DNA of 64,000 bases from a virus: UHGV virus genome UHGV-0371537; one strand, given 5' to 3'. This document shows, one piece after another, positions 1 through 9,221 of the stretch; positions within the stretch are counted from its first letter, which is position 1; each line of letters opens with the position of its first letter. The translations under genes and the position numbers were made by a program. The notes under the pieces are model-generated. The model saw only the letters and a list, made by a program, of their open reading frames with translations, was not told where the DNA came from and did not search any database.

Positions 1-21
1 GCCCCCGTCGACACCGACAAA

Positions 22-1626
22 ATGGTCACGAACCAGGAAGAAAAGTTGCTTTCAAAAGCGACTGTTGTTGCGCTGGACGATGCTCAGGATGGTTCCATCA
101 TCCTCCAGGGCGGCGCAAATACATTCAATTTCGTAGGCGTTGAAAGCGAACTCCTCAACGTCAAACAGCTGGTCGAAGAGTACCAGAGCATGGCACAACA
201 GCCTGAGATCCGTAAGGCTGTGGATATCATTGTTAACGACGTCGTCACCTGTGAAGAGGACGAAACTCCCGTATCTATCAACCTGGAAAAGGTAGAGGGC
301 ATCACAGACGACGTCAAAGAGAAGATCACCGAAGCGTTCAAAGAGATCATGCATCTCTTGGACTTCGACAACACTGCCTACCAAAAGATTCGCAAGTGGT
401 ATGTCGAAGGTCGTCAGGCTTATCATGTCGTAGTGGACCCGAAGAACAAGAAAGCGGGTATCGCCAAACTCATCATGATGGATTCTCGTTGTATCCGACC
501 TGTGTATATCGTCCAAAAAGCGATGCGCGACGGTATCGAAGTCATCAATGATGTCAAACTTCAATACTACTACAACCCCAATTACAACCGCAACCAGTTC
601 ACTGGCCAGTCCGGTACATCTCAGAACTTCCAGCCTTCACAGCAAGAACTGGTGTTTGATGACGAGAGCATCGTGTACCTGGACAGTGGTGAAGAGCCAT
701 TGGCGAATGGGGTTGTTCCAAGCCTGTTAAACCCGGCTATTCGTCCCCTGAACAACCTCGTCACAACCGAGGATGCAACGGTCATCTACGCCATCACGCG
801 TGCTCCCGAGAAGCGTGCATTCTATCTCGACGTGGGTACTTTGGGTAAGAAGTCTGCCGAAGAATACATGCAAGCTATGATGGGCAAGTTCAAGAACCGC
901 CTGGCATATGATCGCATCACAGGTAAAGTCGCAGGCAACACGCATCTGATGGGCATCGCAGAGGATTACTGGCTGCCACGTCGTGAAGGACAGAACGCAA
1001 CCGAGATCTCTAACGTCGGTGGTGGTGATCAGCTTGGCCAGATGGATCACGTGAACTATTTCCGTGAGAAGCTGTATGAAGCCCTGATGATCCCGAAAGG
1101 GCGTCTACAAGAGGAAGGGTCCATCAACATCGGTGGTTCCAACCTGGCTGAGATTACTCAGGAAGAACTGCGCTTCAACAAATTCTGCGCCAGTCTGCGT
1201 CGTCGTTATTCAGGTGGTATATTCCTGGAACTTCTGCGTCGTCAGTTGATTCTGAAGAACATCACAGATCAGGCCGATTGGAACGAGAAGATCAAGCCGT
1301 TCGTCAAGTTCGAATTCACGTCCGACAGTTTCATCCGCGAGCAGCAAGAGAACGAAATCTTGGCACAGCGTATGTCAGCTTTGGGACAGATCGAACCGTA
1401 TATTGGCACCATCTTCTCTATCGATTATGCTCAACGCAATCTGCTGCGTATGTCTGATGAAGACATCAAAGATCAGCAAGAGAAGATCGCAAAAGAGAAG
1501 AAAGAAGGCAAATATCCTGAAGTGCAGGCAGATGAATCCGGCGGCTTTGGCGGCGGGGAAGTCAGCCCACTGAAATTCAGACCTAATGTCATCCCAGCGC
1601 CGACCCCGCCTGGTGGTGAAGAATAA
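22..1626 (+). CDS. portal vertex protein (T4 gp20-like); frame is open back to position 1, so the true start may lie upstream of the window
   Basis: 534-aa ORF directly upstream of a T4-order head module (core proteins, gp21, gp22, gp23); size fits portal; assigned by synteny, not motif. Confidence 0.6.
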   Translation: MVTNQEEKLLSKATVVALDDAQDGSIILQGGANTFNFVGVESELLNVKQLVEEYQSMAQQPEIRKAVDIIVNDVVTCEEDETPVSINLEKVEGITDDVKEKITEAFKEIMHLLDFDNTAYQKIRKWYVEGRQAYHVVVDPKNKKAGIAKLIMMDSRCIRPVYIVQKAMRDGIEVINDVKLQYYYNPNYNRNQFTGQSGTSQNFQPSQQELVFDDESIVYLDSGEEPLANGVVPSLLNPAIRPLNNLVTTEDATVIYAITRAPEKRAFYLDVGTLGKKSAEEYMQAMMGKFKNRLAYDRITGKVAGNTHLMGIAEDYWLPRREGQNATEISNVGGGDQLGQMDHVNYFREKLYEALMIPKGRLQEEGSINIGGSNLAEITQEELRFNKFCASLRRRYSGGIFLELLRRQLILKNITDQADWNEKIKPFVKFEFTSDSFIREQQENEILAQRMSALGQIEPYIGTIFSIDYAQRNLLRMSDEDIKDQQEKIAKEKKEGKYPEVQADESGGFGGGEVSPLKFRPNVIPAPTPPGGEE

Positions 1627-1664
1627 TTCGACTAAGTATAGAAAACATTTTAGAGGATACGAAC

Positions 1665-1835
1665 ATGGCCGCTATCGATCTGGTAAAAGCAATCATCGCT
1701 GGTGACACCGATGCAGCTGTAGCTGAGTGTGAAACTGAACTGTCTGCTCGCGCCCAAGAACTGGTACAGCAGGGCACTGCATATGTCATGAACTCTCTGA
1801 GTCAAGACATGAATCCTGTTGACGACGATCAATAA
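1665..1835 (+). CDS. small acidic prohead core protein (gp67-like position)
   Basis: 56-aa ORF MAAIDLVKAI..., RBS GAGGAT 7 nt upstream, between portal and protease as in T4; not in ORF track (<60 aa). Confidence 0.4.
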   Translation: MAAIDLVKAIIAGDTDAAVAECETELSARAQELVQQGTAYVMNSLSQDMNPVDDDQ

Positions 1836-1847
1836 GAGGGTGGTATC

Positions 1848-2153
1848 ATGGAAATCGAAGAAATTGCAACGTTCGCTGATTTCCTGGCTTCCCGCATGGA
1901 CGAGCAGAAAGTCATTGACAAGGTGAACGCGAAAGGTAAACGCCGCCGTCGCCTGCAGTGTGCTCCTGGTTTCAAACTGTCTGCAGACGGTTCCCGTTGT
2001 GAGGTTATGGTCGCCAGTGAGCGCCGGACTCGCAAGCTGGGCAACCGCAAGGCAATTCGAGCCAAGAAACGCATGGGTATGGGCTACCAGCGCAAAATTG
2101 AACGTCGTAAGAAGAAAGCGATGAAGTTCCGTCGTATGATGGGGCTGAGTTAA
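1848..2153 (+). CDS. basic prohead core protein (gp68-like position)
   Basis: 101 aa, Arg/Lys-rich (KGKRRRRLQ, RRKKKAMKFRR), RBS GAGGGTGG; position between gp67-like and gp21-like. Confidence 0.45.
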   Translation: MEIEEIATFADFLASRMDEQKVIDKVNAKGKRRRRLQCAPGFKLSADGSRCEVMVASERRTRKLGNRKAIRAKKRMGMGYQRKIERRKKKAMKFRRMMGLS

Positions 2154-2160
2154 GGAGCGA

Positions 2161-2829
2161 ATGATGAAACTGTTGCGTGAGATCACTGCGATAGGGAAAG
2201 ACCTTCAGATTGGTGAAGCGGCCACGGCGACTGGCGGTAAAGCCATGTACATCGAAGGTCCATTCGTGATGTGTAACCAGGTGAACCGTAATCGTCGCAA
2301 CTACGATCTCCAGAAAGTGGGTATCCCTGCCGTGGAAGCATATGACAGGGAGTACATCCAGGATCGTCGCGCAATCGGTGAACTCAAACATCCGGATTAT
2401 CCTTTCCCTGATATTGAACATGCTGCACTCAAAACCGAATCTTTGCGCTGGGAAGGCACCAACGCTATCGGTCGAGCGCGGATCTTAAATACACCGAAAG
2501 GCCAGATCATTCGTGCTCTGGCTGAAGCAGACTTCAACCTGGCCGTGTCTACACGCGGTCTTGGTGAGACCAAGTCGGTAGACGGTTACGATGACGTCCA
2601 ACCTGGCTTTATGCTCACTGCTGTTGATGCAGTCGACCGTCCTTCTGGACAAGTTTGTTATGTAAAGGCTGTGAGCGAATCTGTTGAATGGCAGCTTGAT
2701 GAATCTTCAGGAATCTGGGTTCCTAAAGACATCAAAGGGCAAGTGGTCGATTCATTGGTGAAAACCAATATTCAGTTCGAAGACGACTTCCTGCGCCGCC
2801 TCGATATCGCATTGAGACATCTGGGCTGA
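2161..2829 (+). CDS. gp21: prohead core protease (T4 gp21-like)
   Basis: 222 aa, RBS AGGAGCGA; position and size match T4 gp21; conserved-looking core GELKHPDYPF; precedes scaffold and capsid. Confidence 0.75.
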   Translation: MMKLLREITAIGKDLQIGEAATATGGKAMYIEGPFVMCNQVNRNRRNYDLQKVGIPAVEAYDREYIQDRRAIGELKHPDYPFPDIEHAALKTESLRWEGTNAIGRARILNTPKGQIIRALAEADFNLAVSTRGLGETKSVDGYDDVQPGFMLTAVDAVDRPSGQVCYVKAVSESVEWQLDESSGIWVPKDIKGQVVDSLVKTNIQFEDDFLRRLDIALRHLG

Positions 2830-2840
2830 ATTCAGCCTCA

Positions 2841-2848
2841 CTAAATAC
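2841..2848 (+). promoter_or_regulatory. candidate late promoter element (CTAAATAC) ahead of the scaffold gene
   Basis: CTAAATAC about 27 nt upstream of ATG 2875; resembles T4-family late -10 (TATAAATA / CTAAATA variant). Confidence 0.35.
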
Positions 2849-2874
2849 TGAAAATCGTTCAGAAGGAAACAATC

Positions 2875-3747
2875 ATGAAACCTGAATTGCAAAAACTGTT
2901 TGAGGGCGTTAACGGCCTCAGCACCGACTTCCTGGATAAAGTGTCTGGCCTGCTGGAATCTAAAGTAGAAGCTGCTCGCCTGACTGCTATCCAAGAAACC
3001 GAAAACGCTGCCAACATTGAGCGTCTGCGTCTTGTTGAAGCTCACCAGTCTGAAATTGCTCAGCTGAAAGAGTCTCACATCCAAGAGCTGGCCATCAAAG
3101 TCGACGGCTTCCTGAACGCCGTTGTAGAAGAGTGGGCTAACAAGAACGCTCCTGCTATCGACGCTCAGATCAAACGTGAAGCGGCTGAAAATCTGCTGAC
3201 TGGTCTGACTGGCGTTCTGAAAGAAGCTGGTATCAACTTCGCTACCGACGAAAACGGCCAGATCGCTGCGCTGACTGCTCGCCTGACCGAAGCTGAACGC
3301 CGTGCGGCTGAAGCTGAAGCAGAAAACCGTCAGATCAAAGAAGCGGCCAATGCGACTCTGCGCGACTCTGTTGTTGCCCGTATCTGTGAAGGTATGGTAG
3401 ACACCAAGAAAGCCACCGTCGTCGGCCTGCTGGAAGCGGTTCAGTTCACCACCGAAAGCGAATTCGCTTCTCGTGTTCAGACCTTCCGTAATCTGGTAGA
3501 AGGTAAGTCTGCCAAGAAAGAAGGTGACGACAACGACGATGACGACTTCAAAGACAAAGTCGGCGGCAAAGACGGCGACGATGACAACAAAGAGTCGAAA
3601 GACAAAGTCGACGAGAGCAAGAAATCCAAGAAAGAAGGCGACGACGACAACGACGACGATGAAGATGATGAAGCTGGTAAAGAGCTGAAAGAATCTATCC
3701 GTCGTCAGCGCGAATTGTATCGTGCGAAGTACAACGTCAACGGCTAA
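2875..3747 (+). CDS. gp22: prohead scaffolding protein (gp22-like)
   Basis: 290 aa, helical/coiled-coil-like with strongly acidic C-terminal tract (DDNDDDDFKDK...DDDNDDDEDDE); immediately upstream of major capsid gene. Confidence 0.7.
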   Translation: MKPELQKLFEGVNGLSTDFLDKVSGLLESKVEAARLTAIQETENAANIERLRLVEAHQSEIAQLKESHIQELAIKVDGFLNAVVEEWANKNAPAIDAQIKREAAENLLTGLTGVLKEAGINFATDENGQIAALTARLTEAERRAAEAEAENRQIKEAANATLRDSVVARICEGMVDTKKATVVGLLEAVQFTTESEFASRVQTFRNLVEGKSAKKEGDDNDDDDFKDKVGGKDGDDDNKESKDKVDESKKSKKEGDDDNDDDEDDEAGKELKESIRRQRELYRAKYNVNG

Positions 3748-3759
3748 TTTTAGCAGCCA

Positions 3760-3785
3760 CAGCCCTCGAAAGGGGGCTTGATTTT
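3760..3785 (+). terminator. rho-independent terminator-like hairpin after scaffold gene
   Basis: AGCCCTC-GAAA-GGGGGCT stem-loop then TGATTTT. Confidence 0.45.
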
Positions 3786-3838
3786 GAACTACTAAGTAAT
3801 TTCAACTTAACTGAATATCAATGTAAGGAATGAGCATC

Positions 3839-5161
3839 ATGGCTAAGAAACTTGTAACCGAAGAAATGCGCAAAGAGTGGCTGCCTGTTCTTCAAAAAGA
3901 ATCTGAACAGATCCAGCCTCTGTCTGCCGAAAACGTCGCTGTCCGTCTCCTGGAAAACCAGGCTGAGTGGAACGCCAAAAACCTGGGTGAATCCGAAGCC
4001 CCTGGCTCTCTGAACAACACTGTCGGTAAATGGCAGCCAGTTCTGATTGACATGGCTAAACGTCTGGCTCCGATCAACATCGCGATGGACTTCTTCGGCG
4101 TTCAGCCGCTGTCTGGTCCTGACGGTCAGATCTTCGCACTGCGTGCTCGCCAGGGCGTTGCAGATAGTTCCAACACCGCGCAGTCTCGTAAAGAACTGTT
4201 CATGCAGGAAGCTGATTCCGGCTACTCTGGTGACGGTACTGTACAGGCTGGCGACCCATCTGGCTTTACCCAGGCTGAAATCGAAGGTTCCGGCGCTGGT
4301 ACAACCACCATCGGTAAAGGTATGCCAAGCACCGACGCTGAACTGCTGGGTACTACCACCAACCCATGGGCGCGTGTTGGTATCACCGTGCAGAAAGCTA
4401 CCGTGACTGCGAAGTCTCGCGGCCTGTACGCTGACTACAGCCATGAGCTGCGCCAGGACATGATGGCGATTCACGGCGAAGACGTGGACAGCATCCTGTC
4501 TGACGTGATGGTCACTGAAATTCAGGCGGAAATGAACCGTGAGTTTATCCGCACCATGAACTTCAGCGCAGTACGCTTCAAAAAATTCGGCGCAAACGGC
4601 ATCGTGGACATCTCCACCGATATCTCCGGTCGTTGGGCTCTGGAAAAATGGAAGTACATGACTTTCATGCTGGAAGTTGAAGCGAACGGTATCGCCGTTG
4701 ACACCCGTCGTGGTAAAGGGAACCGTGTTCTGTGTTCTCCGAACGTAGCATCTGCCCTGGCGATGTCCGGCATGCTGGATTACGCTCCGGCGCTGCAGGA
4801 AAACACCAAGCTGGCGATCGACCCAACTGGCCAGACCTTCGCTGGTGTTCTGTCTAACGGCATGCGCGTTTACATCGACCCGTATGCAGTAGCAGAGTAC
4901 ATCACCCTGGCATACAAAGGCGCGACCGCGCTGGATGCTGGTATCTTCTTCGCGCCGTATGTGCCGCTGGAAATGTACCGCACCCAGGGTGAAACCACCT
5001 TCAGCCCACGTATGGCGTTCAAGACCCGCTACGGGATTTGTGCTAACCCATTCGTTCAGATCCCAGCGAACCAGGATCCACAGGTCTATGTGACTGCGGA
5101 TGGTATCGCCCAGGACAGCAACCCTTACTTCCGTAAAGGGTTAATAAAAGGCCTGTTTTAA
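3839..5161 (+). CDS. gp23: major capsid protein (T4 gp23-like)
   Basis: Aligns to recalled T4 gp23 (FFGVQPLSGPDGQIFALRA, FAGVLSNGMRVYIDPYA, GIFFAPYVPL, FKTRYGI); start moved to ATG 3839 (AAGGA 9 nt upstream). Confidence 0.9.
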   Translation: MAKKLVTEEMRKEWLPVLQKESEQIQPLSAENVAVRLLENQAEWNAKNLGESEAPGSLNNTVGKWQPVLIDMAKRLAPINIAMDFFGVQPLSGPDGQIFALRARQGVADSSNTAQSRKELFMQEADSGYSGDGTVQAGDPSGFTQAEIEGSGAGTTTIGKGMPSTDAELLGTTTNPWARVGITVQKATVTAKSRGLYADYSHELRQDMMAIHGEDVDSILSDVMVTEIQAEMNREFIRTMNFSAVRFKKFGANGIVDISTDISGRWALEKWKYMTFMLEVEANGIAVDTRRGKGNRVLCSPNVASALAMSGMLDYAPALQENTKLAIDPTGQTFAGVLSNGMRVYIDPYAVAEYITLAYKGATALDAGIFFAPYVPLEMYRTQGETTFSPRMAFKTRYGICANPFVQIPANQDPQVYVTADGIAQDSNPYFRKGLIKGLF

Positions 5162-5190
5162 TAATTAAAACAATGGCTTACGTCCTAACA

Positions 5191-5217
5191 AACCCCGCTT
5201 CGGCGGGGTTTTTGTTT
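5191..5217 (+). terminator. rho-independent terminator after major capsid gene
   Basis: AACCCCGC-TTCG-GCGGGGTT then TTTTTGTTTG. Confidence 0.75.
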
Positions 5218-5268
5218 GTTCATAATACCAAACAGGTTATACTAGATACCATACGAAGGAGAACAATT

Positions 5269-6741
5269 ATGTATCAGGTAATCTGTAGTGTCTGTCATGA
5301 ACAGTTCAAAGCATCCAGGAAAGATAAGAAATTTTGTTCAGATGGTTGTAAAACGTTTTCTAGCAACACATTGAAAAATCTATCACCGGAATTTGTTGCT
5401 GATGCGACGTGCCTTTCGGATGAAGAATCTTATCGTCAATTTTTCCATAAACACATGTTCACTAAGAACAATAAATTGGATATTCAGAAATGCAAATCTA
5501 ATTTGTTAATGAAGCACATCAGATTGGACCTGTTGATATTTGCCAACGCCCATAACACCCTACAAGATCTGGCCTGTAAAGTCACAGCATGGTTACACAA
5601 TAGAACCGTGAAAATGTGCCCTGTGTGTTCCAAAGAAACCAACTTTTACATCAATGACAAAGATTACAGAACATATTGTTCCGAAGAATGTTATCAGATT
5701 TCTATGTGTAAAGGCGGGGTTGGTCGGAAAGCTATAGAGGCTTCAAATATATCCAAATATGGGAGCTGCTCTACACTACAACTACCTGGTGTGAGGAAGA
5801 AGGCGTTGATAACATTACAAGAACGTTATGGTGTTGACAATCCCATGAAAAACTCGATCATATTGAAACGTGCATTGTTTAACAATGGTTCTGTCAGGAA
5901 TAAGAAATCTTCTTATGAAAAAGAAATATCCGAGTTCCTCACCTCAATAGGAGTTGTGAACAAGGTTTCTAATTACAGTATATTGTCAGGCAAACAATTG
6001 GATATCTACTGCCCGGAACACAAACTTGCAATAGAATTCAATGGGTTGTACTGGCATTCAGAAGTTTTTAAAGAAAAACGGTATCATCTAGAAAAGACTG
6101 AAATGTGTGAATCTCAGGGTATCCAGTTGATCCATATTTGGGAAGACGAATGGGCTGAGAAACAGGATGTGGTCAAATCTCTTCTGAAGGCAAAACTCGG
6201 CATTAAAACGCCTGTCTCATACGCTCGCCAACATAAAGTTGTTTGGGGTAATATAAACGGTGTGAGGGAGTTTCTAGACGCCCATCATATACAAGGTTCC
6301 GTGTCGTCCACCCACCACTTATCGCTAATTGATAAGGCTGGTGTGATACAGGCCGTGATGTTGTTTACCAAAAGGAAAGATGGCCTGGAATTAGTCAGAT
6401 TTGCCTCTAATGATTGCCACGGGGCGTTCAGTAAACTTCTATCGCACTTCAGAAGGAAATTTGTTGGTGTCCCAATCTATTCTTTTGGCGACAGGTGTGT
6501 CGTAAGCAGGCTGTCGAACATTTACCTATCCCACAGGTTCATAGAAGAGGAAGTACAGAAGCCGGATTACAAATATCACAAGCCTGGTACATTTATGCGT
6601 GAGCACAAGTTCGGTTTCAGAAAAGATTCATTTGCTCGGATGGGTTATGACATAGAAGGCAAAACAGAAAGCCAGTTAGCAACCGAAGCCGGGCTGGTCA
6701 GGATTTGGAATTGTGGTCTGATCAAATATACCTTGAACTAA
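5269..6741 (+). CDS. free-standing homing-endonuclease-like protein: N-terminal CxxC zinc fingers plus PD-(D/E)XK (DUF559/Vsr-like) nuclease core
   Basis: CSVCHEQF, CPVCSKE...CSEECY zinc-finger pairs; LDIYCPEHKLAIEFNGLYWHSE nuclease motif; AAGGAG RBS; sits right after capsid gene where T4 carries segD. Confidence 0.6.
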   Translation: MYQVICSVCHEQFKASRKDKKFCSDGCKTFSSNTLKNLSPEFVADATCLSDEESYRQFFHKHMFTKNNKLDIQKCKSNLLMKHIRLDLLIFANAHNTLQDLACKVTAWLHNRTVKMCPVCSKETNFYINDKDYRTYCSEECYQISMCKGGVGRKAIEASNISKYGSCSTLQLPGVRKKALITLQERYGVDNPMKNSIILKRALFNNGSVRNKKSSYEKEISEFLTSIGVVNKVSNYSILSGKQLDIYCPEHKLAIEFNGLYWHSEVFKEKRYHLEKTEMCESQGIQLIHIWEDEWAEKQDVVKSLLKAKLGIKTPVSYARQHKVVWGNINGVREFLDAHHIQGSVSSTHHLSLIDKAGVIQAVMLFTKRKDGLELVRFASNDCHGAFSKLLSHFRRKFVGVPIYSFGDRCVVSRLSNIYLSHRFIEEEVQKPDYKYHKPGTFMREHKFGFRKDSFARMGYDIEGKTESQLATEAGLVRIWNCGLIKYTLN

Positions 6742-6804
6742 AAGATCATTTCAATAACGGGGTGAGAGGTATTATTGCCCCGTCTACTATCCGAGGGCTG
6801 TGAC

Positions 6805-7032
6805 ATGTACCTGAAAAAGATTGTGAAGAAGCCGAAAGGCGAAGTGATCGAAGTATGCCTTATTGAGGCTTATGTTGACTCCTGGAACAACGAGCAGCGT
6901 TACTTCATGGTCAACACATTGGTGTATGTCCCAGCCTCTCACCTTAACCGTGATTTCATCACACCCGAGAACATCGTCCGTTGGGAGATTGCAACGCAGT
7001 CCGACACCGACGAACACCCTATTTTGAACTGA
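6805..7032 (+). CDS. hypothetical protein
   Basis: 75-aa ORF, GAGGG RBS before ATG 6805; no recognisable motif. Confidence 0.4.
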   Translation: MYLKKIVKKPKGEVIEVCLIEAYVDSWNNEQRYFMVNTLVYVPASHLNRDFITPENIVRWEIATQSDTDEHPILN

Positions 7033-7044
7033 AGGATCTATATC

Positions 7045-7488
7045 ATGTCAAAAGAGAAATACATCTTCATCAGCCCAGCCACGAAGGAGTTCTTTATCTC
7101 CGAAGTGAAAGATCGCGTTGAGAAGTTCCGCTACATGCGCAGCTATGGCCTGGCATCTGGTGAAATCGATTACCAGTCACTGGACAATGATCGCCAAGAT
7201 CTGATTGATGATGGCTGGCGTTTAGTCCCTTCCCCTCAGTATATCCACATCAAGCTGTACTACATGAAGGACAGCGGGAAGTATTACTCTGAAGGCGAAC
7301 TCATCCTCAATCGTGGCGAGGCTGAAGCTGAACCTGCTAAGTCCTGGATGGTCACTATGGATAAAATCCGCTATCTGCTCGACTCAGGCAATTTGCCCGG
7401 TTTGGTTAAAGGTGCCAGGTACGAGGTCTTCGTGACCGGAGAAGGGCATCCAGGTGGTTATCCACATCTGTTCCGCATTAACAACTGA
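7045..7488 (+). CDS. hypothetical protein
   Basis: 147-aa ORF, tightly packed after previous gene; no recognisable motif. Confidence 0.5.
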   Translation: MSKEKYIFISPATKEFFISEVKDRVEKFRYMRSYGLASGEIDYQSLDNDRQDLIDDGWRLVPSPQYIHIKLYYMKDSGKYYSEGELILNRGEAEAEPAKSWMVTMDKIRYLLDSGNLPGLVKGARYEVFVTGEGHPGGYPHLFRINN

Positions 7489-7495
7489 GGTCATC

Positions 7496-7732
7496 ATGAG
7501 AATCAAAAAGATCGGCGCAAGTCCGCTCACTGGGACAATCTTCCAGGGCACCTTGAACACCAAAACCAGCATGTGGGTTGGTGAGAAGACCGACGTGACA
7601 GAGGACTGCGTGGCTGCCACGGCTGAACACATGCGACACATCAATAAAGACTACTGCTTCCCAACGACGGATGGTAAGTTCTTGGTGCTGAGCGCCGAGG
7701 TTCACGAGACCCTTCCTGATCGCTTCAAATAA
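7496..7732 (+). CDS. hypothetical protein
   Basis: 78-aa ORF from ATG 7496 (GAGG RBS); followed by hairpin and promoter. Confidence 0.45.
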   Translation: MRIKKIGASPLTGTIFQGTLNTKTSMWVGEKTDVTEDCVAATAEHMRHINKDYCFPTTDGKFLVLSAEVHETLPDRFK

Positions 7733-7758
7733 ATTTTAAATTTATTCAATAAACGGGG

Positions 7759-7786
7759 TTTACTTCTTCAATAAACCCCGTATACT
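7759..7786 (+). promoter_or_regulatory. early-type sigma70-like promoter (TTTACT-N16-TATACT)
   Basis: -35 TTTACT 7759-7764, -10 TATACT 7781-7786; embedded in a 10-bp inverted repeat (7753-7781); ahead of gene 7836. Confidence 0.5.
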
Positions 7787-7835
7787 TCATTCCATAAGCA
7801 GCACAACACTGACTCTGAAATGAAGGAACTACACC

Positions 7836-8132
7836 ATGAACAATATGCCAACCACCAAAACTGCTCTGGAAATCGATTCTCGCTTTATCGTTGAAGCATG
7901 GGCAAATAGCCAAAATGCGTATGTGTACTCCCTTTATATCGGCGACACCTATATTTCTTGTCTCGGTATCGACGGTTCTGTGAACGAGCACGGCGTGAAC
8001 GAGCGCTATACCAAGAAGCAGGCTATCGCGGATGCTACCAAATTCGCAACCGACATTCTGGATCGCATCAAAGCAGGCAAGCCGTACAAACGCGGTGAAA
8101 AGGGCTATGCCACCCAATTGCTCGGCGCTTGA
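7836..8132 (+). CDS. hypothetical protein (first gene behind an early-type promoter)
   Basis: 98 aa; preceded by TTTACT-N16-TATACT promoter and GAAGGAACTACACC-ATG initiation context. Confidence 0.5.
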   Translation: MNNMPTTKTALEIDSRFIVEAWANSQNAYVYSLYIGDTYISCLGIDGSVNEHGVNERYTKKQAIADATKFATDILDRIKAGKPYKRGEKGYATQLLGA

Positions 8133-8201
8133 TTTGTTCTAAATCTTTGAACGGGGTATGTTAACTGCATACCCTTATCCCTACAAATAGAGGACTTTAC
8201 C

Positions 8202-8546
8202 GTGGCAAACGAAACCAAGGCAACGAAATCTGTGGAGATTCCCCACATCGTCAAGTTCGAAAAGCCGAGCGAGCGTAAACCGCGCAAAACTCGCCGCTTG
8301 GTCACCAAGTTGGACCTCCTGAAACAGAAGTTTGGCAACCACAGTGTGTTCACCCGCATTCGTAATGCATTAAAGGAAGGGCGAACCGAGCTGGAGCTAT
8401 ACCGTCCGAACGGTTCGACACGTGCGTATCAGACCACCGACGGCTTGCTGGAACTGATCCGCCTGAGCGGGATGACGATCGAACCTCGTTCGTCAGGCAC
8501 TCCCCTGTGCTCCCTCTATGTCATCGGCAATCTTGGGGCGCTGTAA
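8202..8546 (+). CDS. hypothetical basic protein
   Basis: 114 aa, GTG start with AGAGGA RBS 8 nt upstream; Lys/Arg-rich N-terminus. Confidence 0.45.
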   Translation: MANETKATKSVEIPHIVKFEKPSERKPRKTRRLVTKLDLLKQKFGNHSVFTRIRNALKEGRTELELYRPNGSTRAYQTTDGLLELIRLSGMTIEPRSSGTPLCSLYVIGNLGAL

Positions 8547-8551
8547 GTTCT

Positions 8552-8974
8552 ATGAAGAAGTATATCGTTGTCATCACTGGTTCCCGCTCAATTACCGAGC
8601 GGGATAAGGTCTTCGCCAAGCTGGATGAACTCCTCGATCCTCATGAAGTCTACACATTGATCGAGGGTGAGGCCAATGGTGTGGACAAGATTTGTCGCGA
8701 TTGGGCTGAAATCAATTATGTTGATGTCACTCCTATGCCGATCCCATCGGGCTATTATGAAAAATATGGCAAAGGGATGGGCAACAAACGCAATCAGGAC
8801 ATGTTAGACAAGGCATTGGATCTCGCTAGGCAGACTAAGCTGGAGGTGTATCCGATTGCGATGTGGGATGGTTCGTCCACTGGCACCCTGGACATGATAA
8901 ACAGGCTGAAGAAGGCAGGTCTCCCTGTGGATATCACTCTGATGGGTAAACCCAAAACCAAGCGCCTTTTGTAA
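8552..8974 (+). CDS. small Rossmann-like protein, possibly SLOG/DprA/LOG superfamily (DUF2493-like)
   Basis: 141 aa; VVITGSRSI, EGEANGVDK, WDGSSTGTLDMI motifs resemble the nucleotide-binding loops of DprA/LOG/SLOG proteins; assignment from memory. Confidence 0.45.
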   Translation: MKKYIVVITGSRSITERDKVFAKLDELLDPHEVYTLIEGEANGVDKICRDWAEINYVDVTPMPIPSGYYEKYGKGMGNKRNQDMLDKALDLARQTKLEVYPIAMWDGSSTGTLDMINRLKKAGLPVDITLMGKPKTKRLL

Positions 8975-9015
8975 CCTGTCATAAATAATCTGAGTTCACA
9001 CAGCGGAGATACATC

Positions 9016-9183
9016 ATGTTTGTCGTCAATCTGTTCTGCTATATCTTCACGGCTTACTTCCTTGCAGCAGTAGCGCATGAGACGTATACTGATCTGAAGG
9101 AGGGCGAATACGCCGACTGGAAGGTCTATGCCAAGAAGTTCGCTCGCAAGTTCTGGTCCAACTTCGTTTACAAACTACCCTGA
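9016..9183 (+). CDS. small hydrophobic (membrane) protein
   Basis: 55 aa MFVVNLFCYIFTAYFLAAVAH..., one predicted TM helix then basic tail; GGAG RBS; not in ORF track (<60 aa). Confidence 0.4.
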   Translation: MFVVNLFCYIFTAYFLAAVAHETYTDLKEGEYADWKVYAKKFARKFWSNFVYKLP

Positions 9184-9186
9184 TCC

Positions 9187-9195
9187 CTAAATACC
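9187..9195 (+). promoter_or_regulatory. candidate late promoter element (CTAAATACC)
   Basis: CTAAATACC about 27 nt upstream of ATG 9222; followed by GGTATTTTCTT-ATG context shared with the endolysin gene. Confidence 0.35.
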
Positions 9196-9221
9196 CCCAT
9201 CATCCATGGGGGTATTTTCTT
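9192..9221 (+). terminator. hairpin with T-run immediately ahead of gene 9222
   Basis: TACCCCCA / TGGGGGTA 8-bp stem then TTTTCTT; overlaps candidate late element and RBS region. Confidence 0.45.

Noticed and set aside
5173-5268. Upstream extension of the homing endonuclease ORF (track start 5173)
   Set aside because: The extension runs through the capsid-gene terminator hairpin; the AAGGAG RBS precedes ATG 5269.
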